A stretch of 21,487 bases of DNA from Utricularia gibba (lineage: Eukaryota > Plantae > Magnoliophyta), in NCBI GenBank assembly GCA_002189035.1, contig NEEC01000431.1, positions 1 through 21,487 on the forward strand, given 5' to 3'. Under the pieces are notes generated by a model. That model did no database searches and was not told where the DNA came from. It was given only the letters and a program-made list of their open reading frames with translations. The translations under genes and the position numbers were made by a program. Shown here one piece after another: positions 9,574-19,300 of the stretch (positions are counted from its first letter, which is position 1; every line of letters starts with the position of its first letter).

Positions 9574-12500
9574 CTTGAGGAGGCGGTCTTGGGGTGCAGC
9601 TGGAACGGGACAAAGGTAAGGTTTGGCTTGCGGCGAGAGTTAGTTGTAGCCCGGCAAATAAGTGATGTATTTATTATCGTTCGGTTTTCGGGGCTCCTAC
9701 ATGGTTTTTCAAGGAACCGCTTCTCGTTTTGTGGCGGCCAGTCTCGCTGGGAACTTGGTCCTTGACCCGATTCTGTATGGCTCATGAGGTCAACCGGATG
9801 CAAATCGATTAAAAAAAATGATGCATTTGTTTAAATTGCGATATCATGTGCACCCCACATGATTTTTTCAACAACTTACTTTATACTTGAGGAGGCGGTC
9901 TTGGGGTGCAGCTGGAACGGGACAAAGGTAAGGTTTGGCTTGCGCCGAGAGTTAGTTGTAGCCCGGCAAATAAAGTGATGTATTTATTATCGTTCGGTTT
10001 TCGGGGGCTGCCTACATGGTTTTTCAAGGAACCGCTTCTCGTTTTGTGGCGGCCAGTCTCGCTGGGAACTTGGTCCTTGACCCCGATTCTGTATGGCTCA
10101 TGAGGTCAACCGGATGCAAATCGATTAAAAAAAATGATGCATTTGTTTAAATTGCGATATCGTGCACCCCACATGATTTTTTTCAACAACTTACTTTATA
10201 CTTGAGGAGGCGGTCTTGGGGTGCAGCTGGAACGGGACAAAGGTAAGGTTTGGCTTGCGCCGAGAGTTAGTTGTAGCCCCAAATAAAGTGATATTTTTAT
10301 CGTTCGGTTTTCGGGGGCTGCCTACATGGTTTTTCAAGGAACCGCTTCTCGTTTTGTGGCGGCCAGTCTCGCTGGGAACTTGGTCCTTGACCCCGATTCT
10401 GTATGGCTCATGAGGTCAACCGGATGCAAATCGATTAAAAAAAATGATGCATTTGTTTAAATTGCGATATCACGTGCACCCCACATGATTTTTTTCAACA
10501 ACTTACTTTATACTTGAGGAGCGGGACAAAGGTAAGGTTTGGCTTGCGCCGAGAGTTAGTTGTAGCCCGACAAATAAAGTGATGTATTTATTATCGTTCG
10601 GTTTTCGGGGCTGCCTACATGGTTTTTCAAGGAACCGCTTCTCGTTTTGTGGCGGCCAGTCTCGCTGGGAACTTGGTCCTTGACCCCGATTCTGTATGGC
10701 TCATGAGGTCAACCGGATGCAAATCGATTAAAAAAATGATGCATTTGTTTAAATTGCGATATCACGTGCACCCCACATGATTTTTCAACAACTTACTTTA
10801 TACTTGAGGAGGCGGTCTTGGGTGCAAACGGGACAAAGGTAAGGTTTGGCTTGCGCCGAGAGTTAGTTGTAGCCGGCAAATAAAGTGATGTATTTATTAT
10901 CGTTCGGTTTTCGGGGGCTGCCTACATGGTTTTTCAAGGAACCGCTTCTCGTTTTGTGGCCCAGTCTCGCTGGGAACTTGGTCCTTGACCCCGATTCTGT
11001 ATGGCTCATGAGGTCAACCGGATGCAAATCGATTAAAAAAAATGATGCATTTGTTTAAATTGCGATATCACGTGCACCCCATGATTTTTTCAACAACTTA
11101 CTTTATACTTGAGGAGGCGGTCTTGGGGTGCACCTGGAACGGGACAAAGGTAAGGTTTGGCTTGCGCCGAGAGTTAGTTGTAGCCCGACAAATAAAGTGA
11201 TGTATTTATTATCGTTCGGTTTTCGGGGCTGCCTACATGGTTTTTCAAGGAACCGCTTCTCGTTTTGTGGCGGCCAGTCTCGCTGGGAACTTGGTCCTTG
11301 ACCCCGATTCTGTATGGCTCATGAGGTCAACCGGATGCAAATCGATTAAAAAAATGATGCATTTGTTTAAATTGCGATATCACGTGCACCCCACATGATT
11401 TTTTCAACAACTTACTTTATACTTGAGGAGGCGGTCTTGGGTGCACCTGAACGGACAAAGGTAAGGTTTGGCTTGCGCCGAGAGTTAGTTGTAGCCCGAC
11501 AAATAAAGTGATGTATTTATTATCGTTCGGTTTTCGGGGCTGCCTACATGGTTTTTCAAGGAACCGCTTCTCGTTTTGTGGCGCCAGTCTCGCTGGGAAC
11601 TTGGTCCTTGACCCCGATTCTGTATGGCTCATGAGGTCAACCGGATGCAAATCGATTAAAAAAAATGATGCATTTGTTTAAATTGCGATATCGTGCACCC
11701 CACATGATTTTTTTCAACAACTTACTTTATACTTGAGGAGGCGGTCTTGGGTGCACTGGAACGGGACAAAGGTAAGGTTTGGCTTGCCCGAGAGTTAGTT
11801 GTAGCCCGACAAATAAAGTGATGTATTTATTATCGTTCGGTTTTCGGGGCTGCCTACATGGTTTTTCAAGGAACCGCTTCTCGTTTTGTGGCGGCCAGTC
11901 TCGCTGGGAACTTGGTCCTTGACCCCGATTCTGTATGGCTCATGAGGTCAACCGGATGCAAATCGATTAAAAAAAATGATGCATTTGTTTAAATTGCGAT
12001 ATCACGTGCACCCCACATGATTTTTTCAACAACTTACTTTATACTTGAGGAGGCGGTCTTGGGTGCACTGAACGGGACAAAGGTAAGGTTTGGCTTGCGC
12101 CGAGAGTTAGTTGTAGCCCGACAAATAAAGTGATGTATTTATTATCGTTCGGTTTTCGGGGGCTGCCTACATGGTTTTTCAAGGAACCGCTTCTCGTTTT
12201 GTGGCGGCCAGTCTCGCTGGGAACTTGGTCCTTGACCCCGATTCTGTATGGCTCATGAGGTCAACCGGATGCAAATCGATTAAAAAAAATGATGCATTGT
12301 TTAAATTGCGATATCACGTGCACCCCACATGATTTTTTCAACAACTTACTTTATACTTGAGGAGGCGGTCTTGGGGTGCACCTGAACGGGACAAAGGTAA
12401 GGTTTGGCTTGCGCCGAGAGTTAGTTGTAGCCCGACAAATAAAGTGATGTATTTATTATCGTTCGGTTTTCGGGGGCTGCCTACATGGTTTTTCAAGGAA

Positions 12501-12982
12501 CCGCTTCTCGTTTTGTGGCGGCCAGTCTCGCTGGGAACTTGGTCCTTGACCCCGATTCTGTATGGCTCATGAGGTCAACGGATGCAAATCGATTAAAAAA
12601 AATGATGCATTTGTTTAAATTGCGATATCACGTGCACCCCACATGATTTTTTCAACAACTTACTTTATACTTGAGGAGGCGGTCTTGGGTGCACTTGGAA
12701 CGGGACAAAGGTAAGGTTTGGCTTGCGCCGAGAGTTAGTTGTAGCCCGACAAATAAAGTGATGTATTTATTATCGTTCGGTTTTCGGGGTGCCTACATGG
12801 TTTTTCAAGGAACCGCTTCTCGTTTTGTGGCGGCCAGTCTCGCTGGGAACTTGGTCCTTGACCCCGATTCTGTATGGCTCATGAGGTCAACCGGATGCAA
12901 ATCGATTAAAAAAAATGATGCATTTGTTTAAATTGCGATATCACGTGCACCCCACATGATTTTTTCAACAACTTACTTTATA

Positions 12983-13297
12983 CTTGAGGAGGCGGTCTTG
13001 GGGTGCACTGGAACGGGACAAAGGTAAGGTTTGGCTTGCGCCGAGAGTTAGTTGTAGCCCGACAAATAAAGTGATGTATTTATTATCGTTCGGTTTTCGG
13101 GGGCTGCCTACATGGTTTTTCAAGGAACCGCTTCTCGTTTTGTGGCGGCCAGTCTCGCTGGGAACTTGGTCCTTGACCCCGATTCTGTATGGCTCATGAG
13201 GTCAACCGGATGCAAATCGATTAAAAAAAATGATGCATTTGTTTAAATTGCGATATCACGTGCACCCCACATGATTTTTTCAACAACTTACTTTATA
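12983..13297 (+). repeat. Representative monomer identical to the right-domain consensus (315 bp; phase chosen arbitrarily)
   Basis: Runs CTTGAGGAGGCGGTCTTGGGGTGCACTGG...CACATGATTTTTTCAACAACTTACTTTATA; the next copy starts at 13298. Confidence 0.95.
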
Positions 13298-13323
13298 CTT
13301 GAGGAGGCGGTCTTGGGGTGCAC
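13260..13323. repeat. 10-bp inverted repeat with a 44-bp spacer (one example; recurs at nearly every monomer junction)
   Basis: GTGCACCCCA (13260-13269) is the exact reverse complement of TGGGGTGCAC (13314-13323). The match is 9 bp in A-type (CAGCTG) monomers. Confidence 0.9.
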
Positions 13324-16300
13324 TGGAACGGGACAAAGGTAAGGTTTGGCTTGCGCCGAGAGTTAGTTGTAGCCCGACAAATAAAGTGATGTATTTATTA
13401 TCGTTCGGTTTTCGGGGGCTGCCTACATGGTTTTTCAAGGAACCGCTTCTCGTTTTGTGGCGGCCAGTCTCGCTGGGAACTTGGTCCTTGACCCCGATTC
13501 TGTATGGCTCATGAGGTCAACCGGATGCAAATCGATTAAAAAAAATGATGCATTTGTTTAAATTGCGATATCACGTGCACCCCACATGATTTTTTTCAAC
13601 AACTTACTTTATACTTGAGGAGGCGGTCTTGGGGTGCACTGAACGGGACAAAGGTAAGGTTTGGCTTGCGCCGAGAGTTAGTTGTAGCCCGACAAATAAA
13701 GTGATGTATTTATTATCGTTCGGTTTTCGGGGCTGCCTACATGGTTTTTCAAGGAACCGCTTCTCGTTTTGTGGCGGCCAGTCTCGCTGGGAACTTGGTC
13801 CTTGACCCCGATTCTGTATGGCTCATGAGGTCAACCGGATGCAAATCGATTAAAAAAAATGATGCATTTGTTTAAATTGCGATATCACGTGCACCCCACA
13901 TGATTTTTTCAACAACTTACTTTATACTTGAGGAGGCGGTCTTGGGGTGCACTGGAACGGGACAAAGGTAAGGTTTGGCTTGCGCCGAGAGTTAGTTGTA
14001 GCCCGACAAATAAAGTGATGTATTTATTATCGTTCGGTTTTCGGGGCTGCCTACATGGTTTTTCAAGGAACCGCTTCTCGTTTTGTGGCGGCCAGTCTCG
14101 CTGGGAACTTGGTCCTTGACCCCGATTCTGTATGGCTCATGAGGTCAACCGGATGCAAATCGATTAAAAAAAATGATGCATTTGTTTAAATTGCGATATC
14201 ACGTGCACCCCACATGATTTTTTCAACAACTTACTTTATACTTGAGGAGGCGGTCTTGGGGTGCACTGGAACGGGACAAAGGTAAGGTTTGGCTTGCGCC
14301 GAGAGTTAGTTGTAGCCCGACAAATAAAGTGATGTATTTATTATCGTTCGGTTTTCGGGGCTGCCTACATGGTTTTTCAAGGAACCGCTTCTCGTTTTGT
14401 GGCGGCCAGTCTCGCTGGGAACTTGGTCCTTGACCCCGATTCTGTATGGCTCATGAGGTCAACCGGATGCAAATCGATTAAAAAAAATGATGCATTTGTT
14501 TAAATTGCGATATCACGTGCACCCCACATGATTTTTTCAACAACTTACTTTATACTTGAGGAGGCGGTCTTGGGTGCACTTGGAACGGGACAAAGGTAAG
14601 GTTTGGCTTGCGCCGAGAGTTAGTTGTAGCCCGGCAAATAAAGTGATGTATTTATTATCGTTCGGTTTTTCGGGGCTGCCTACATGGTTTTTCAAGGAAC
14701 CGCTTCTCGTTTTGTGGCGCCAGTCTCGCTGGGAACTTGGTCCTTGACCCCGATTCTGTATGGCTCATGAGGTCAACCGGATGCAAATCGATTAAAAAAA
14801 ATGATGCATTTGTTTAAATTGCGATATCACGTGCACCCCACATGATTTTTTTCAACAACTTACTTTATACTTGGGAGGCGGTCTTGGGGTGCACCTGAAC
14901 GGGACAAAGGTAAGGTTTGGCTTGCGCCGAGAGTTAGTTGTAGCCCGACAAATAAAGTGATGTATTTATTATCGTTCGGTTTTCGGGGTGCCTACATGGT
15001 TTTTCAAGGAACCGCTTTCGTTTTTGTGCGGCCAGTCTCGCTGGGAACTTGGTCCTTGACCCCGATTCTGTATGGCTCATGAGGTCAACCGGATGCAAAT
15101 CGATTAAAAAAAATGATGCATTTGTTTAAATTGCGATATCACGTGCACCCCACATGATTTTTCAACAACTTACTTTATACTTGAGGAGGCGGTCTTGGGC
15201 ACCTGAACGGACAAAGGTAAGGTTTGGCTTGCGCCGAGAGTTAGTTGTAGCCCGACAAATAAAGTGATGTATTTATTATCGTTCGGTTTTCGGGGCTGCC
15301 TACATGGTTTTTCAAGGAACCGCTTCTCGTTTTGTGGCGGCCAGTCTCGCTGGGAACTTGGTCCTTGACCCCGATTCTGTATGGCTCATGAGGTCAACCG
15401 GATGCAAATCGATTAAAAAAAATGATGCATTTGTTTAAATTGCGATATCACGTGCACCCCACATGATTTTTTCAACAACTTACTTTATACTTGAGGAGGC
15501 GGTCTTGGTGCACTGGAACGGGACAAAGGTAAGGTTTGGCTTGCGCCGAGAGTTAGTTGTAGCCCGGCAAATAAAGTGATGTATTTATTATCGTTCGGTT
15601 TTCGGGGGCTGCCTACATGGTTTTTCAAGGAACCGCTTCTCGTTTTGTGGCGGCCAGTCTCGCTGGGAACTTGGTCCTTGACCCCGATTCTGTATGGCTC
15701 ATGAGGTCAACCGGATGCAAATCGATTAAAAAAAATGATGCATTTGTTTAAATTGCGATATCGTGCACCCCACATGATTTTTTCAACAACTTACTTTATA
15801 CTTGAGGAGGCGGTCTTGGGTGCACCTGAACGGGACAAAGGTAAGGTTTGGCTTGCGCCGAGAGTTAGTTGTAGCCCGACAAATAAAGTGATGTATTTAT
15901 TATCGTTCGGTTTTCGGGGGCTGCCTACATGGTTTTTCAAGGAACCGCTTCTCGTTTTGTGGCGGCCAGTCTCGCTGGGAACTTGGTCCTTGACCCCGAT
16001 TCTGTATGGCTCATGAGGTCAACCGGATGCAAATCGATTAAAAAAAATGATGCATTTGTTTAAATTGCGATATCACGTGCACCCCACATGATTTTTTCAA
16101 CAACTTACTTTATACTTGAGGAGGCGGTCTTGGGTGCACCTGAAGGACAAAGGTAAGGTTTGGCTTGCGCCGAGAGTTAGTTGTAGCCCGGCAAATAAAG
16201 TGATGTATTTATTATCGTTCGGTTTTCGGGGGCTGCCTACATGGTTTTTCAAGGAACCGCTTCTCGTTTTGTGGCGGCCAGTCTCGCTGGGAACTTGGTC

Positions 16301-19300
16301 CTTGACCCCGATTCTGTATGGCTCATGAGGTCAACCGGATGCAAATCGATTAAAAAAAATGATGCATTTGTTTAAATTGCGATATCACGTGCACCCCACA
16401 TGATTTTTTCAACAACTTACTTTATACTTGAGGAGGCGGTCTTGGGTGCACTGAACGGGACAAAGGTAAGGTTTGGCTTGCCGAGAGTTAGTTGTAGCCC
16501 GACAAATAAAGTGATGTATTTATTATCGTTCGGTTTTCGGGGGCTGCCTACATGGTTTTTCAAGGAACCGCTTCTCGTTTTGTGGCGGCCAGTCTCGCTG
16601 GGAACTTGGTCCTTGACCCCGATTCTGTATGGCTCATGGTCAACCGGATGCAAATCGATTAAAAAAAATGATGCATTTGTTTAAATTGCGATATCACGTG
16701 CACCCACATGATTTTTTCAACAACTTACTTTATACTTGAGGAGGCGGTCTTGGGGTGCACTGGAACGGGACAAAGGTAAGGTTTGGCTTGCGCCGAGAGT
16801 TAGTTGTAGCCCGACAAATAAAGTGATGTATTTATTATCGTTCGGTTTTCGGGGGCTGCCTACATGGTTTTTCAAGGAACCGCTTCTCGTTTTGTGGCGG
16901 CCAGTCTCGCTGGGAACTTGGTCCTTGACCCCGATTCTGTATGGCTCATGAGGTCAACCGGATGCAAATCGATTAAAAAAAATGATGCATTTGTTTAAAT
17001 TGCGATATCACGTGCACCCCACATGATTTTTTCAACAACTTACTTTATACTTGAGGAGGCGGTCTTGGGTGCACCTGGAACGGGACAAAGGTAAGGTTTG
17101 GCTTGCGCGAGAGTTAGTTGTAGCCCCACAAATAAAGTGATGTATTTATTATCGTTCGGTTTTTCGGGGCTGCCTACATGGTTTTTCAAGGAACCGCTTC
17201 TCGTTTTGTGGCGGCAGTCTCGCTGGGAACTTGGTCCTTGACCCCGATTCTGTATGGCTCATGAGGTCAACCGGATGCAAATCGATTAAAAAAATGATGC
17301 ATTTGTTTAAATTGCGATATCACGTGCACCCCACATGATTTTTTCAACAACTTACTTTATACTTGAGGAGGCGGTCTTGGGGTGCACTGGAACGGGACAA
17401 AGGTAAGGTTTGGCTTGCGCCGAGAGTTAGTTGTAGCCCGACAAATAAAGTGATGTATTTATTATCGTTCGTTTTTCGGGGCTGCCTACATGGTTTTTCA
17501 AGGAACCGCTTCTCGTTTTGTGGCGGCCAGTCTCGCTGGGAACTTGGTCCTTGACCCCGATTCTGTATGGCTCATGAGGTCAACCGGATGCAAATCGATT
17601 AAAAAAAATGATGCATTTGTTTAAATTGCGATATCACGTGCACCCCACATGATTTTTCAACAACTTACTTTATACTTGAGGAGGCGGTCTTGGGGTGCAC
17701 TGGAACGGGACAAAGGTAAGGTTTGGCTTGCGCCGAGAGTTAGTTGTAGCCCGGCAAATAAAGTGATGTATTTATTATCGTTCGGTTTTCGGGGGCTGCC
17801 TACATGGTTTTTCAAGGAACCGCTTCTCGTTTTGTGGCCCAGTCTCGCTGGGAACTTGGTCCTTGACCCCGATTCTGTATGGCTCATGAGGTCAACCGGA
17901 TGCAAATCGATTAAAAAAATGATGCATTTGTTTAAATTGCGATATCACGTGCACCCCACATGATTTTTTCAACAACTTACTTTATACTTGAGGAGGCGGT
18001 CTTGGGGTGCACCTGAACGGGACAAAGGTAAGGTTTGGCTTGCGCCGAGAGTTAGTTGTAGCCCGACAATAAAGTGATGTATTTATATCGTTCGGTTTTC
18101 GGGGGCTGCCTACATGGTTTTTCAAGGAACCGCTTCTCGTTTTGTGGCGGCCAGTCTCGCTGGGAACTTGGTCCTTGACCCCGATTCTGTATGGCTCATG
18201 AGGTCAACCGGATGCAAATCGATTAAAAAAAATGATGCATTTGTTTAAATTGCGATATCACGTGCACCCCACATGATTTTTTCAACAACTTACTTTATAC
18301 TTGAGGAGGCGGTCTTGGGGTGCACTGGAACGGGACAAAGGTAAGGTTTGGCTTGCGCCGAGAGTTAGTTGTAGCCCGGCAAATAAAGTGATGTATTTAT
18401 TATCGTTCGGTTTTCGGGCTGCCTACATGGTTTTTCAAGGAACCGCTTCTCGTTTTGTGGCGGCCAGTCTCGCTGGGAACTTGGTCCTTGACCCCGATTC
18501 TGTATGGCTCATGAGGTCAACCGGATGCAAATCGATTAAAAAAAATGATGCATTTGTTTAAATTGCGATATCACGTGCACCCCACATGATTTTTTCAACA
18601 ACTTACTTTATACTTGAGGAGGCGGTCTTGGGGTGCACTTGGAACGGGACAAAGGTAAGGTTTGGCTTGCTTAGTTGTAGCCCGACAAATAAAGTGATGT
18701 ATTTATTATCGTTCGGTTTTCGGGGCTGCCTACATGGTTTTTCAAGGAACCGCTTCTCGTTTTGTGGCGGCCAGTCTCGCTGGGAACTTGGTCCTTGACC
18801 CCGATTCTGTATGGCTCATGAGGTCAACCGGATGCAAATCGATTAAAAAAATGATGCATTTGTTTAAATTGCGATATCACGTGCACCCCACATGATTTTT
18901 TCAACAACTTACTTTATACTTGAGGAGGCGGTCTTGGGGTGCACTGGAACGGGACAAAGGTAAGGTTTGGCTTGCGCCGAGAGTTAGTTGTAGCCCGGCA
19001 AATAAAGTGATGTATTTATTATCGTTCGGTTTTCGGGGGCTGCCTACATGGTTTTTCAAGGAACCGCTTCTCGTTTTGTGGCGCCAGTCTCGCTGGGAAC
19101 TTGGTCCTTGACCCCGATTCTGTATGGCTCATGAGGTCAACCGGATGCAAATCGATTAAAAAAAATGATGCATTTGTTTAAATTGCGATATCACGTGCAC
19201 CCCACATGATTTTTTCAACAACTTACTTTATACTTGAGGAGGCGGTCTTGGGTGCACTTGAACGGGACAAAGGTAAGGTTTGGCTTGCGCCGAGAGTTAG

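Larger units (their letters stand above)
1..10512. repeat. Left domain: heterogeneous sub-array of A-type (GCAGCTGG) and B-type (GCACCTTG) monomers forming a 3-/4-mer higher-order repeat
   Basis: Of monomers 1-33, 23 carry CAGCTG, 8 carry CACCTTG and 2 carry CACTGG. B or B-like monomers lie 3 or 4 units apart. Confidence 0.85.

Noticed and set aside
13018-13034. Spliced-leader RNA gene suggested by the AAG|GTAAG donor-like motif
   Set aside because: The upstream sequence matches no leader I know and no canonical Sm site follows. Such a motif is common by chance.
13085-13200. tRNA or SINE Pol III A/B boxes (GTTCGG, TGGCTCA)
   Set aside because: The matches are imperfect, in the wrong order and spacing within the monomer, and there is no cloverleaf.
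13190-13203. Hammerhead ribozyme core, as in some transcribed satellites
   Set aside because: The motif is CTCATGAG, not CTGATGA, on both strands, and I found no correctly placed GAAA and stems. An Infernal search would settle it.
12983-13297. Assignment to a named satellite, e.g. the ~313-bp Silene latifolia subtelomeric family recalled from memory
   Set aside because: Only the length is similar. I cannot compare sequences, and the consensus lacks the SacI (GAGCTC) and KpnI (GGTACC) sites I associate with that family.
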